A stretch of 64,000 bases of DNA, from NCBI GenBank assembly GCA_950097015.1, contig CATNEN010000003.1:2480001-2544000 (forward strand), given 5' to 3'. Under the pieces are notes generated by a model. That model saw only the letters and a program-made list of their open reading frames with translations, ran no database searches and was not told the origin of the DNA. Below are positions 1 through 14,546 of this stretch, one piece after another (positions within the stretch are counted from its first letter, which is position 1; every line of letters starts with the position of its first letter). The stretch is from Macrostomum hystrix. Lineage: Eukaryota > Animalia > Platyhelminthes. The translations under genes were made by a program, and so were the position numbers.

Positions 1-1378
1 ATCCGAAACTGTACCGAATCCGAAACTCTACCGAATCCGAAACTGTAACGAATCCGAAACTGTACCGAATCCGAAACTGTACCGAATCCGAAACTGCACC
101 GAATCCGAAACTGTACCGAATCCGAAGCTGTACCGAATCCGAAACTCTACCGAATCCGAAACTGTACCGAATCCGAAACTGTACCGAATCCGAAACTGTA
201 CCGAATCCGAAACTCTACCGAATCCGAAACTGTACCGAATCCGAAACTCTACCGAATCCGAAACTCTACCGAATCCGAATCTATACCGAATCCGAAACTG
301 TACCGAATCCGAAACTGTACCGAATCCGAAACTATACCGAATCCGAAACAATACCGAATCCGAAACTATACCGAATCCGAAGCTATACCGAATCCGAAAC
401 TATACCGAATCCGAAACTGTACCGAATCCGAAACTATACCGAATCCGAAACTGTAACGAATCATAAACTGTACCGAATCCGAAACCGTACCGAATCCGAA
501 ACTCTACCGAATCCGAAACTGTACCGAATCCGAAGCTATACCGAATCCGAAACTCTACCGAATCCGAAACTATACCGAATCTGAAACTGTACCGAATCCG
601 AAACAATACCGAATCCGAAACTATACCGAATCCGAAGCTATACCGAATCCGAAACTATACCGAATCCGAAACTATACCGAATCCGAAACTATACCGAATC
701 CGAAACTATACCGAATCCGAAGCTATACCGAATCCGAAACTATACCGAATCCGAAACTATACCGAATCCGAAACTATACCGAATCCGAAGCTATACCGAA
801 TCCGAAGCTATACCGAATCCGAAACTCTACCGAATCCGAAGCTATACCGAATCCGAAACTATACCGAAACCGAAACAATACCGAATCCGAAACTATACCG
901 AAACCGAAACAATACCGAATCCGAAACTATACCGAATCCGAAACTATACCGAATCCGAAGCTATACCGAATCCGAAGCTATACCGAATCCGAAACTCTAC
1001 CGAATCCGAAGCTATACCGAATCCGAAACTATACCGAAACCGAAACAATACCGAATCCGAAACTATACCGAATCCGAAACTATACCGAATCCGAAACTGT
1101 ACCGAATCCGAAACAATACCGAATCCGAAACTCTACCGAATCCAAAGCTATACCGAATCCGAAACTATACCGAATCCGAAGCTATACCGAATCCGAAGCC
1201 ATACCGAATCCAAAGCTATACCGAATCCAAAACTATACCGAATCCGAAACTATACCGAATCCGAAACTATACCGAATCCGAAACTATACCGAATCCGAAA
1301 CTATACCGAATCCGAAGCTATACCGAATCCGAAGATATACCGAATCCGAAACTCTACCGAATCCGAAACTCTACCGAA
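1..1378. repeat. Minisatellite, 17-bp unit (CCGAATCCGAAACTATA and variants), runs off the window start
   Basis: Tandem periodicity read directly; ORFs 28..351 and 400..606 are translations of the repeat. Confidence 0.97.
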
Positions 1379-1767
1379 CTTGAAACTGTACTTAAACTGA
1401 AACTGTAACTTTGCCGAATCGGAATCTTGTACATTTCAGATTAGGCTTGTTTATTTAAGAAATTCAAATATATTTTGCTCGAAAATTTCGCTAACTAGAA
1501 AAACTACTTAAAAGAGAATAAATTTTGTGAACAATGCTTGGCTTTCTACTTGCAGTAGTGTTTTGAAGTTTGCCGTCTTTTTGTAAGTAAATAAAAAGAA
1601 TTGAAAACGATTAAAAACTCAATGCTTCATATTGGGAACGCTAAATCTGTTTGATACTAAATAGAGCTTTAGCAAAGTAGATGAGGCATATATGTTTGCA
1701 AAATATTTGACTGGTATAGTGATACTGTTCCAGACACCCAACTATCTGCCATGATCACATCATCTCC

Positions 1768-2830
1768 TGACACCCACTGTCTTATCAGACACCCCACTCT
1801 CTTATCAGACACCCCACTGTCTTATCAGACACCCCACTGTCTTATCAGACACCCCACTGTCTTATCAGACACCCCACTGTCTTATCAGACACCCCACTGT
1901 CTTATCAGACACCCCACTCTCTTATCAGACACCCCACTGTCTTATCAGACACCCCACTGTCTTATCAGACACCCCACTGTCTTATCAGACACCCCACTCT
2001 CTTATCAGACACCCCACTGTCTTATCAGACACCCCACTGTCTTATCAGACACCCCACTGTCTTATCAGACACCCCACTCTCTTATCAGACACCCCACTGT
2101 CTTATCAGACACCCCACTGTCTTATCAGACACCCCACTGTCTTATCAGACACCCCACTGTCTTATCAGACACCCCACTGTCTTATCAGACACCCCACTCT
2201 CTTATCAGACACCCCACTGTCTTATCAGACACCCCACTGTCTTATCAGACACCCCACTGTCTTATCAGACACCCCACTCTCTTATCAGACACCCCACTGT
2301 CTTATCAGACACCCCACTGACTTATCAGACACCCCACTGTCTTATCAGACACCCCACTGTCTTATCAGACACCCACTCTCTTATCAGACACCCCACTGAC
2401 TTATCAGACACCCACTGTCTTATCAGACACCCCACTGTCTTATCAGACACCCCACTGTCTTATCAGACACCCCACTGTCTTATCAGACACCCCACTGTCC
2501 TAGCTGACACCCCACTGTCCTAGCTGACACCCCACTGTCCTAGCTGACACCCCACTGTCCTATCTGACACCCCACTGTCCTAGCTGACACCCCACTGTCC
2601 TAGCTGACACCCCACTGTCCTAGCTGACACCCCACTGTCCTAGCTGACACCCCACTGTCCTATCTGACACCCCACTGTCCTAGCTGACACCCCACTGTCC
2701 TAGCTGACACCCCACTGTCCTAGCTGACACCCCACTGTCCTAGCTGACACCCACTGTCCTAGCTGACACCCCACTGTCCTATCTGACACCCCACTGTCCT
2801 AGCTGACACCTGACTTGTCGTATCTGACAA
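1768..2830. repeat. Minisatellite, 20-bp unit CTTATCAGACACCCCACTGT switching to CCTAGCTGACACCCCACTGT at ~2500
   Basis: Exact 20-bp phase visible across lines; two variant domains. Confidence 0.97.
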
Positions 2831-3392
2831 AAGTTTCTACTTAGAGTAGTTACTCCTGAAAATATCCAAAGCTAATATCAGAACGTACCAGAAAAATACA
2901 GACTATTAGAAAAAAGCAAACATTTTGATATTAATTCCTGCTAGGCAGAAAAAAATTGTGTTTTCAAACAAGCAGACATCAAAAGGGTCAATTAAGCTGC
3001 AAAATAACCAACCCCTGAATGCAACAGTAAAAACAAATAGTCAACAAAAAGGTAAACTATTATTATAATAGTAACAGTAATTATAATAATTATCAATGAA
3101 CAGTTATAGCATTCAGTATCGACTGATTGTCATTCAATCTCCTTTGCTTTATACTTTGTCTTGCCTGCTTTTTTACTTGATATAATTAGCGTGCAAGGCA
3201 GACAAAACAACAATAAATATTAGTCCAAATATAATTCAATTGAGTTATTCTTAATAGAGCAAATTTATCGCTTCAAAAAAGTGCATTGCTTAATAATTTA
3301 AACAGTTGTTTTTTTTGTTCTCGATTAAAAGAGAGTTTTGCGCAAAAGGTGAACTATAACTTGCTGCCAATCTATTTAGTATAGATAGAGTC

Positions 3393-3432
3393 GCTGTTCA
3401 GTCCATGGACTGGGGGGGGGGCATGACGCCAC
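3393..3432 (-). mobile_element. Short fragment of the SINE family at 15365
   Basis: GCTGTTCAGTCCATGGACTGGGGGG is identical to 24793-24817. Confidence 0.7.
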
Positions 3433-4119
3433 ATGTTAATTCTGCTAAAAGACAACAATTTTTTCAGTGAAAAGTTGTCGACTTAGTGCGAAACTCTTTA
3501 AGCCTAAAAATATTAAAATAGAAAAACACCGAAAGTTACCTAAAAGTTTATAAATAACAATTCAAGTTAGGAAAATCAGATAAGGCCCAGAGCAATAAGG
3601 CTTTGAAGTTTCCGAGTCGATAGCAACTCAGAGCAATGGGTAATTCAGACTGATCCACAACAAGAAATAAGTTCTTTGCTCAATAGGCTTAACTCATCGA
3701 GTTAAAAATGACAGACAAAAACTAAAGAGAAAGTGTTTGGCAGAGCAGAATAGGAAAGTTTCATTGTCTAAAACATTTCCTCCATTGTGCATTGCTCTCT
3801 TCTGAAGTAGTACTTCAAGAGAGAAACTCATTTTTTTGAAAGAAGCATGCAACTATAGTTGACATCAGTCACATTTCTGCCACCGAACTAGACGCCCACG
3901 CAATGTCATATATCCGTGACAATTGAAGCTTTAACAGCATCTGTAAAATCATTAGTTATTTATATTTTAATTGGCAACGCTATTCTAGATAATTGCCTAT
4001 CCTTAAATACTTTCTTAGTGTATCCCAAGTGAGGAAAATTTAACTGTTACCTATCCATGCATATCACACTAATTTCATCACTAGACCACAACTATCATGA
4101 ATGAATTAATCTCACATTT

Positions 4120-5657
4120 TATCTCACCTGTTCTCTCATCACAGAATCACACCTTTTTATCAGTAATTCTCACCTGTTCTCTCATCACAGAATCACACCT
4201 GTTTTATCAGTAATTCTCATCTGTTCTCTCATCACAGAATCACACCTGTTTTATCAGTAATTCTCATCTGTTTTCTCATCACAGAATCACACCTGTTGTT
4301 ATCAGTAATTCTCATCTGTTCTCTCATCACAGAATCACACCTGTTGTTATCAGTAATTCTCACCTGTTCTCTCATCACAGAATCACACCTTTTGTTATCA
4401 GTAATTCTCATCTGTTCTCTCATCACAGAATCACACCTGTTGTTATCAGTAATTCTCATCTGTTCTCTCATCACAGAATCACACCTTGTGTTATCAGTAA
4501 TTCTCATCTGTTCTCTCATCACAGAATCACACCTGTTGTTATCAGCAATTCTCATCTGTTCTCTCATCACAGAATCACACCTGTTGTTATCAGTAATTCT
4601 CATCTGTTCTCTCATCACAGAATCACACCTGTTTTTATCAGTAATTCTCATCTGTTCTCTCATCACAGAATCACACCTGTTGTTATCAGTAATTCTCACC
4701 TGTTCCCTCATCACAGAATCACACCTTGTGTTATCAGTAATTCTCATCTGTTTTCTCATCACAGAATCACACCTGTTGTTATCAGTAATTCTCATCTGTT
4801 TTCTCATCACAGAATCACACCTGTTGTTATCAGTAATTCTCACCTGTTCCCTCATCACAGAATCACACCTTGTGTTATCAGTAATTCTCATCTGTTTTCT
4901 CATCACAGAATCACACCTGTTGTTATCAGCAATTCTCATCTGTTCTCTCATCACAGAATCACACCTGTTGTTATCAGTAATTCTCATCTGTTTTCTCATC
5001 ACAGAATCACACCCGTTTTATCAGTAATCCTTATCTGTTTTCTCATCACAGAATCACACCTTGTGTTATCAGTAATTCTCATCTGTTCTCTCATCACAGA
5101 ATCACACCTGTTGTTATCAGCAATTCTCATCTGTTCTCTCATCAAAGAATCACACCTGTTGTTATCAGTAATTCTCATCTGTTATCTCATCACAGAATCA
5201 CACCTGTTTTATCAGTAATCCTTATCTGTTCTCTCATCACAGAATCACACCTGTTTTTATCAGTAATCCTTATCTGTTTTCTCATCACAGAATCACACCT
5301 GTTTTTATCAGTAATCCTTATCTGTTCTCTCATCACAGAATCACACCTGTTTTTATCAGTAATCCTTATCTGTTTTCTCATCACAGAATCACACCTGTTT
5401 TATCAGTAATTCTCATCTGTTTTCTCATCACAGAATCACACCTGTCTTTATCAGTAATCCTTATCTGTTTTCTCATCACAGAATCACACCTGTTGTTATC
5501 AGTAATTCTCACCTGTTCTCTCATCACAGAATCACACCTGTTGTTATCAGTAATTCTCATCTGTTCTCTCATCACAGAATCACACCTGTTTTTATCAGTA
5601 ATTCTCATCTGTTATCTCATCACAGAATCACACCTGTTTTTATCAGTAATCCTCACC
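4120..5657. repeat. Minisatellite, 48-bp unit TTCTCATCTGTTCTCTCATCACAGAATCACACCTGTTGTTATCAGTAA
   Basis: Tandem periodicity; 16-aa repeat in spurious ORFs on both strands. Confidence 0.97.
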
Positions 5658-6283
5658 AGTTTTTCAGGACTGAAAAGCTAACTGTACTGGTTCGCATCGG
5701 CCTACATTTCGGGTATGTGAACTATTGTGCTTATTGAAAGTTTTTTTTGTTTTTTTTCTTCAAACCAGCTGAAACCTGTTTACATGGCGCCTACTGTGAA
5801 TACGTCAAAGCCTAAATCAGCCCCATTGGATGTGCCACCAGAGCCTTTGGAACCAATCAGTGAAGCGCAAAACTGCATACTTTGCGCCCAAATCTAAATA
5901 TAGTCCTCACCCTGAAACTTCTCACAGTCTTCTCCACTCAGCAACATTTTGTTATTATCCCAAGAGGGGAAGCTGCCAGCCAACAGCTCTTAGACCAGGT
6001 CGAGTTGATTTGCCAGCCTCTGAAAAATTTCGAGGCATTTCTTCATCTCCCTCATCCTTGAGTTTATAGTTGCCAATATAAGTCCGTCGGACCGCAGCGA
6101 ACGCCCACGCAAAATTTCCACCCCGAAATTCGATAGGATACGAAAAAGCGGCCCCCAGGGCGTCATCAGCAAAGCTTTTTATAGCCAACGGTCAGATCCC
6201 GACAGATCCCACTTGCTTGTCAATATTGCAGTCACCCAGTCTGATACTCTAGATAGATTCTGCTTTTTGGAGCCTTTTTGCGC

Positions 6284-6740
6284 ATGAAAATGTCAGCCAG
6301 AACCGTCACCTTCTGTTGTCTCCTGTTGGTTGCTATGGTAACTAGCACTGTTAGCGGTATGGCTGTTTCATCTGGCAAAGAGGATGAAACAGACAATAGC
6401 ATCAGCGGCAATAACAGAAACGACAACAGCAATCATCGCCGCCTGACCGATAGCTCGATAGACAAACTGAAGGCCGACGAAGTGCCGTCAGCGGATTCTG
6501 TTGAACTAGTTCGTGAGCCACACTGGTGGTGGCAGTACAGAAAGCGAACCGGCAATCTGCCGACTGAGTACAGCGACCTGGTGAAAGATTGGGCCAAGAG
6601 TATGAGATACTCGACCACGAACATCAGGTGAGCCGCGTAGGCTTTCAAGAGCCACTTGTTGGCGCCTTGGTCCAAACTCTCAAACCATCTTCAACCAAAA
6701 CCTAAAAATGTCTATCAAAATCCTTTTTTTCAGATGGTGA
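6284..6740 (+). CDS. Secreted prohormone / neuropeptide-precursor-like protein; exons ~6284-6627 and 6734-6740, ending ...STTNIRW*
   Basis: Hydrophobic signal peptide (VTFCCLLLVAMVTSTVSG), acidic spacer, RR and RKR cleavage-type sites; donor CAG|GTGAG at 6627/6628; acceptor TTTTTTTCAG ending 6733; TATA-like TTTTATAG at ~6177. Start Met uncertain (6284 or 6290). Confidence 0.7.
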
Positions 6741-8067
6741 TGGCAACGGCAGACACACAATGACCAGTGGATTGTCATCACTAATGCATGAGCAGAGATT
6801 TTTTTAAAGTGCATACGGTCTCAATTGCGAGCTAAAAATATCTAACAATCAAGGGCTATTGTCAAATGTAGACTAGTTTTACTATTATAGACGGTTTAAT
6901 AAGAAATAGACAATAACTTTGTCCAGGTCGGACTTGTGTAACCCCAGACAGATTAATAATTAACTGCAATGTACAATTCATACAGTTTTTTAATGCTGAA
7001 CTTAATAATGAGCAACACCTTTCTGCCTTGCTTGATAGGAGAGATTGCAAAATAAATAATTAATTAATATTCAATTGTTTATCTTTGATTGTTGAAATAA
7101 AAACAACAATTTTACGAGCTATATCTGGCCTCGCCTGGTCAGTAAGATCACTGACTCTCAGTGACTGACCTTGGCTTACCCAGGCCTATGACACAGCTCT
7201 CTATCTTGAACCATAAGCCGTGATAGCACGATTTTAACCATTCCTGACTCCGTCACAGGGATATATTTTTAGTTTGAGGGCCCGTGTTGTGAAATTGGAA
7301 TCGTTTAATCGCTGCACAAAGCATTAAGCTGACCGGAGTTAAGTCCGAAGAATATAGAAAGTACGACTCTTGTACATTGTAAATCTTTGATAATCAACAA
7401 AACGCAATGGTTTGCACTTTGAATTCTGCGAATCTTGATGCGAATCATAGAAGAGATACAAATACAAAATCCCCACTCAATAAATTCAGATGTGCGCGGA
7501 ACCAAATTACATGATCGCGTGACCATTCAGGTTGGATATTACTGCTAATCAAAGATTACTCTGGTATTAGGGGTCTGCGGGTACCATAGTAGGCCTATTT
7601 TGAGTCTATATTTAAAGCTGCATTAAATGCACATCCAACCATGATCCCAGAGTTCTATTTTATCAATAGTGAGGAAAGCCTGCTGCCCTATGTGAACGGA
7701 AATCTGCAGGGTTAAGTTTGGGATTAAAAAACGATCAGTTGATTGGCACAGACTCCATTGTGACATTATCTCCCGCCCAAAATCAAATGCTTTAACATTT
7801 CTGTATCTATGCACAATTCATTCGCTCTATACAACACGGCACTTATCTATAAATGGCATTATAAAAAAACTACTTTCCTCGCGACGCAATCAAGCTTTCC
7901 AATCCACATGATTTTTTTTTCTAATTTCCATACTAAACCACGGCAAAGCAGCACTTTATACAGAGAAACACTAGGTCTAATTGTGCTTTGTCATGCAAAG
8001 TGCGTAATCGAGTTACCTGAAAAATAACCTGGTGAGAAAGTGATGGAGTGCAAGTTGAAGAAGAGAA

Positions 8068-10057
8068 GTGTCAGGTGAGGAAGTGTAGATATGTCAGGTG
8101 AGGAAGTGTAGGTATGTCAGGTGAGGAAGTGTAGATATGTCAGGTGAGGAAGTGTAGATATGTCAGGTGAGGAAGTGTAGGTATGTCAGGTGAGGAAGTG
8201 TAGATATGTCAGGTGAGGAAGTGTAGATATGTCAGGTGAGGAAGTGTAGATATGTCAGGTGAGGAAGTGTAGATATGTCAGGTGAGGAAGTGTAGATATG
8301 TCAGGTGAGGAAGTGTAGGTATGTCAGGTGAGGAAGTGTAGATATGTCAGGTGAGGAAGTGTAGATATGTCAGGTGAGAAAGTGCAGATATGTCAGGTGA
8401 GGAAGTGTAGATATGTCAGGTGAGGAAGTGTAGATATGTCAGGTGAGGAAGTGTAGATATGTCAGGTGAGGAAGTGTATGTCAGGTGAGGAAGTGTAGAT
8501 ATGTCAGGTGAGGAAGTGTAGATATGTCAGGTGAGGAAGTGTATGTCAGGTGAGGAAGTGTAGGTATGTCAGGTGAGGAAGTGCAGATATGTCAGGTGAG
8601 GAAGTGTAGGTATGTCAGGTGAGGAAGTGTAGGTATGTCAGGTGAGGAAGTGTAGGTATGTCAGGTGAGGAAGTGTATGTCAGGTGAGGAAGTGTAGGTA
8701 TGTCAGGTGAGGAAGTGTAGATATGTCAGGTGAGGAAGTGTAGGTATGTCAGGTGAGGAAGTGTAGGTATGTCAGGTGAGGAAGTGTAGATATGTCAGGT
8801 GAGGAAGTGTATGTCAGGTGAGGAAGTGTAGATATGTCAGGTGAGGAAGTGTAGATATGTCAGGTGAGGAAGTGTATGTCAGGTGAGGAAGTGTAGGTAT
8901 GTCAGGTGAGGAAGTGTAGATATGTCAGGTGAGGAAGTGTATGTCAGGTAAGGAAGTGTAGATATGTCAGGTGAGGAAGTGTAGATATGTCAGGTGAGGA
9001 AGTGTATGTCAGGTGAGGAAGTGTAGGTATGTCAGGTGAGGAAGTGTAGATATGTCAGGTGAGGAAGTGTATGTCAGGTGAGGAAGTGTAGATATGTCAG
9101 GTGAGGAAGTGTAGATATGTCAGGTGAGGAAGTGTATGTCAGGTGAGGAAGTGTAGGTATGTCAGGTGAGGAAGTGCAGATATGTCAGGTGAGGAAGTGT
9201 AGATATGTCAGGTGAGGAAGTGTGTGTCAGGTGAGGAAGTGTAGATATGTCAGGTGAGGAAGTGTAGGTATGTCAGGTGAGGAAGTGTAGGTATGTCAGG
9301 TGAGGAAGTGCAGATATGTCAGGTGAGGAAGTGTAGATATGTCAGGTGAGGAAGTGTAGATATGTCAGGTGAGGAAGTGTAGGTATGTCAGGTGAGGAAG
9401 TGTATGTCAGGTGAGGAAGTGTAGGTATGTCAGGTGAGGAAGTGTAGATATGTCAGGTGAGGAAGTGTAGATATGTCAGGTGAGGAAGTGTATGTCAGGT
9501 GAGGAAGTGAAGATATGTCAGGTGAGGAAGTGTAGGTATGTCAGGTGAGGAAGTGTAGATATGTCAGGTGAGGAAGTGTAGATATGTCAGGTGAGGAAGT
9601 GTAGATATGTCAGGTGAGGAAGTGCAGATATGTCAGGTGGGGAAGTGTAGATATGTCAGGTGAGGAAGTGTAGATATGTCAGGTGGGGAAGTGTAGATAT
9701 GTCAGGTGAGGAAGTGTAGGTATGTCAGGTGAGGAAGTGTAGGTATGTCAGGTGAGGAAGTGTAGGTATGTCAGGTGAGGAAGTGTAGGTATGTCAGGTG
9801 AGGAAGTGTAGGTATGTCAGGTGAGGAAGTGTAGGTATGTCAGGTGAGGAAGTGTAGGTATGTCAGGTGAGGAAGTGTAGGTATTTCAGGTGAGGAAGTG
9901 TAGGTATGTCAGGTGAGGAAGTGTAGGTATGTCAGGTGAGGAAGTGTAGGTATGTCAGGTGAGGAAGTGTAGGTATGTCAGGTGAGGAAGTGTAGGTATG
10001 TCAGGTGAGGAAGTGTAGGTATGTCAGGTGAGGAAGTTTAGAAGTGTCAGGTGGGGA
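8068..10057. repeat. Minisatellite, 23-bp unit TGTCAGGTGAGGAAGTGTAG(A/G)TA with interspersed 19-bp deletion variants
   Basis: Direct tandem periodicity. Confidence 0.97.
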
Positions 10058-10844
10058 ACCTACAACACAGATCCAGCAACACTCCCAGACCCCTTGATGA
10101 CATCGACATTGTAGTCCAAAATACAAAGAGGAGCTAGCAAGTTGGCGAAAACCCGAATGAGACAGCGGCCCTCCGAGGACAAAAATAAGCCCAGCAAATC
10201 AAAAAAACCTCAACTGAGAATAACGCAGACATCATAGAAGGGTTTAAAGTTTCAGCCAACAAAATATCTTAGTACCGAGTGTCATCAGTGTCATCAAACG
10301 CAGCTTAGATATTGATAAAAACTATAATGATTAGCTAGAAAGTCTTCTCAAGCCACCGATAACTAAACGAGGCGCAGTCGATGCAGAAGAAAAAGTTAAC
10401 GATTTCCAACAAGAAATCTTGACACCACAGGAGCGACTGGGAGCTAAAAGCGGACAGCAATCGATGAGGGAGAAATCCTCGAATTACATCTGCGAATCTG
10501 CCTAGCACACTCGTGAGATGAAAAAAATACTATAACCTTGACCTGATATTACTCAGGATAAAGTTGAATAAGCAAATCTAGATTTTTATTTAATTGATAA
10601 GTTTGGAAATAACCCTGAATTTCTGACGTTAGTCAGAAGAATAGCAAGTACAAGTTGCACAATGAAATTTATTTTCATACAGAACCGTATCTTATTAGGT
10701 TAACAAGAAGCTTGATGAATTGTTAACAGGGTTTTTCTTTAATTTAAACAAAATCGAATAAAAAGGGTTTTTCGTTAATTGCTGCTCGCGAATATATAGA
10801 TTTTATATTCAAATTCTCACTGAAATCAACCATCGAAGGTGATC

Positions 10845-12792
10845 TAACCGTGGAGTGTCATTAGATCCATCTATGGAGTCTCATCAAGATCTATCCATGC
10901 AGTGACATCCAGATCTATCCATGCAGTGTCATCCAGATCTATCCATGCAGTGTCATCCAGATCTATTAATGCAGTGTCATCCAGATCTATCCATGCAGTG
11001 TCATCAAGATTTATCCATAGAGTGTCATCCATTCTATCCATGCAGTGTCATCAAGATTTATCCATAGAGTGTCATCCAGATCTATCCATGCAGTGTCATC
11101 CAGATCTATTAATGCAGTGTCATCGAGATCTATCCATGCAGTGTCATCCAGATCTATCCAGGAGTGTCATCAAGATCTATCCATGGAGTGTCATCAAGAT
11201 CTATTCATGCAGTGTCATCCAGATCTATCAATGGAGTGTCATCAAGATCTATCCATGCAGTGTCATCCAGATCTATTAATGCAGTGTCATCGAGATCTAT
11301 CCATGCAGTGTCATCCAGATCTATCCATGCAGTGTCATCCAGATCTATCCATGCAGTGACATCCAGATCTATCCATGCAGTGTCATCCAGATCTATTAAT
11401 GCAGTGTCATCCAGATCTACCCATGGAGTGTCATCAAGATTTATCCATAGAGTGTCATCCAGATCTATCCATGCAGTGTCATCCAGATCTATTAATGCAG
11501 TGTCATCGAGATCTATCCATGCAGTGTCATCCAGATCTATCCATGGAGTGTCATCAAGATCTATCCATGGAGTGTCATCAAGATCTATTCATGCAGTGTC
11601 ATCCAGATCTATCAATGGAGTGTCATCAAGATCTATCCATGCAGTGTCATCCAGATCTATTAATGCAGTGTCATCGAGATCTATCCATGCAGTGTCATCC
11701 AGATCTATCCATGCAGTGTCATCCAGATCTATCCATGCAGTGACATCCAGATCTATCCATGCAGTGTCATCCAGATCTATTAATGCAGTGTCATCCAGAT
11801 CTACCCATGGAGTGTCATCCAGATCTATCCATGGAGTGTCATCCAGATCTATCCATGGAGTGTCATCCAGATCTATCCATGCAGTGTCATCAAGATTTAT
11901 CCATAGAGTGTCATCCATTCTATCCATGCAGTGTCATCAAGATTTATCCATGCAGTGTCATCCAGATCTATTAATGCAGTGTCATCAAGATCTATCCGTG
12001 GAATGTCATCAAGATCTATCCGTGGAATGTCATCAAGATCTATCCGTGGAATGTCACAAAGATCTATCCATGGATTGTCATCCAGATCTATCCATGCAGT
12101 GTCATCCAGATCTATCCATGCAGTGTCATCCAGATCTATCCATGCAGTGACATCCAGATCTATCCATGCAGTGTCATCCAGATCTATTAATGCAGTGTCA
12201 TCCAGATCTACCCATGGAGTGTCATCCAGATCTATCCATGGAGTGTCATCCAGATCTATCCATGGAGTGTCATCCAGATCTATCCATGCAGTGTCATCAA
12301 GATTTATCCATAGAGTGTCATCCATTCTATCCATGCAGTGTCATCAAGATTTATCCATGCAGTGTCATCCAGATCTATTAATGCAGTGTCATCAAGATCT
12401 ATCCGTGGAATGTCATCAAGATCTATCCGTGGAATGTCATCAAGATCTATCCGTGGAATGTCACAAAGATCTATCCATGGAGTGTCATCCAGATCTATCC
12501 ATGGAGTGTCATCAAGATCTATCCGTGGAATGTCACAAAGATCTATCCGTGGAATGTCATCAAGATCTATCCGTGGAATGTCATCCAGATCTATCCATGG
12601 AGTGTCATCCAGATCTATCCGTGGAATGTCATCAAGATCTATCCGTGGAATGTCATCAAGATCTATCCGTAGAATGTCATCAAGATCTATCCATGGATTG
12701 TCATCCAGATCTATCCGTGGAATGCCATCAAGATCTATCCGTGGAATGTCACAAAGATCTATCCGTGGAATGCCATCAAGATCTATCCGTGA
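10845..12792. repeat. Minisatellite, 24-bp unit GTGTCATCCAGATCTATCCATGCA with higher-order blocks (~384 and ~407 bp)
   Basis: Tandem periodicity; identical ORFs at 11759 and 12166 (offset 407). Confidence 0.97.
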
Positions 12793-13454
12793 AGTTGCAA
12801 CTAAAGCATTTTCTTTTCTTTCCTTCAAGTATAATCCATATCTTTCTTGAATTGTTATTCAATTCTTCCGTTAAAGTGTAAATTTATCGAGTGTACATCA
12901 GCGTTTCTTTGTGTTGGGTGTTATTCATAAATTGCGCATACGTGCTAAAATTCAGATTAAAATATTCAATTTTTCTAATCCCACAGAAGCAACACCACAG
13001 CTGGTCAATGCGAAAGGTGAAGCTCATTCTAAATGAAGTGAAATGGTGAAATTTCCAATTTAAATTCGACCTTAGCCCCGAAGTCATCAGCGTCACTTGT
13101 GTCAATAGTAACAGCGATTTTTTCACAGCGCTAAATTCAAGTCCTCAAAAAATAAATTAATCCCAAAGGAGATTAGTAGGCCCTCTAAATACGACAGCAG
13201 CCAGCCAAAATAATAAAAAATGGTTCAGATAGACCGACTGACCTCATTGACTGACATTCTGTATTCTTAACCATAAAAACCAGGCAGGATCAATAAATAT
13301 GACAATTGAGGGACCAAGAAACGCAGAGAACACAATTATTATATATTCGTACAGTCTGGCGATAAAACCATTTTGAGAATGCTCTGTATGCTAAGTGGTG
13401 CACAATAATCGAAATATAGCCAAAATATAAAGGCGATTTTCTACTATAAGATGG

Positions 13455-14258
13455 ATCAGAATTCATTGATATCTAGCATCAGAATTCATTGATATCTAGG
13501 ATCAGAATTCATCGTTATCTAGGATCAGAATTCATTGATATCTAGGATCAGAATTTATTGATATCTAGGATCAGAATTCATTGATATCTAGCATCAGAAT
13601 TCATTGATATCTATCATCAGAATTCATTGATATCTATCATCAGAATTCATTGATATCTAGCATCAGAATTCATTGATATCTAGCATCAGAATTCATTGAT
13701 ATCTAGGATCGGAATTCATTGATATCTAGCATCAGAATTCATTGATATCTAGGATCAGAATTCATTGATATCTATCATCAGAATTCATTGATATCTAGGA
13801 TCGGAATTCATTCATATCTAGCATCAGAATTCATTGATATCTAGGATCAGAATTCATTGATATCTAGCATCAGAATTCATTGATATCTAGCATCAGAATT
13901 CATTGATATCTAGCATCAGAATTCATTGATATCTAGCATCAGAATTCATTGATATCTAGCATCAGAATTCATTGATATCTAGCATCAGAATTCATTGATA
14001 TCTAGCATCAGAATTCATTGATATCTAGCATCAGAATTCATTGATATCTAGGATCAGAATTCATTGATATCTAGCATCAGAATTCATTGATATCTAGCAT
14101 CAGAATTCATTGATATCTAGCATCAGAATTCATTGATATCTAGCATCAGAATTCATTGATATCTAGCATCAGAATTCATTGATATCTAGCATCAGAATTC
14201 ATTGATATCTAGCATCAGAATTCATTGATATCTAGCATCAGAATTCATTGATATCTAG
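13455..14258. repeat. Minisatellite, 23-bp unit ATCAGAATTCATTGATATCTAGC
   Basis: Direct tandem periodicity. Confidence 0.97.
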
Positions 14259-14317
14259 ACTCTTTATTTGCATATATATAGGCTCAGACACAGGGACAAC
14301 ACTTTTAGATATTCAGT

Positions 14318-14546
14318 CACAATATTGCTAGATATCTAGGCACAATATTGCTAGATATCTAGGCACAATATTGATAGATATCTAGGCACAATATTGCTAG
14401 ATATCTAGGCACAATATTGATAGATATCTAGGCGCAATATTGATAGATATCTAGGCACAAAATTGATAGATATCTAGGCGCAATATTGATAGATATCTAG
14501 GCACAAAATTGATAGATATCTAGGCACAATATTGATAGATATCTAT
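14318..14546. repeat. Minisatellite, 23-bp unit CACAATATTG(C/A)TAGATATCTAGG
   Basis: About 10 tandem copies. Confidence 0.95.

Noticed and set aside
3700-6190. Minus-strand spliced gene around the 48-bp array (donor-like sites at ~5656 and ~5910, acceptor-like site at ~3941)
   Set aside because: No open frame could be built across the candidate exons; a non-coding transcript cannot be excluded
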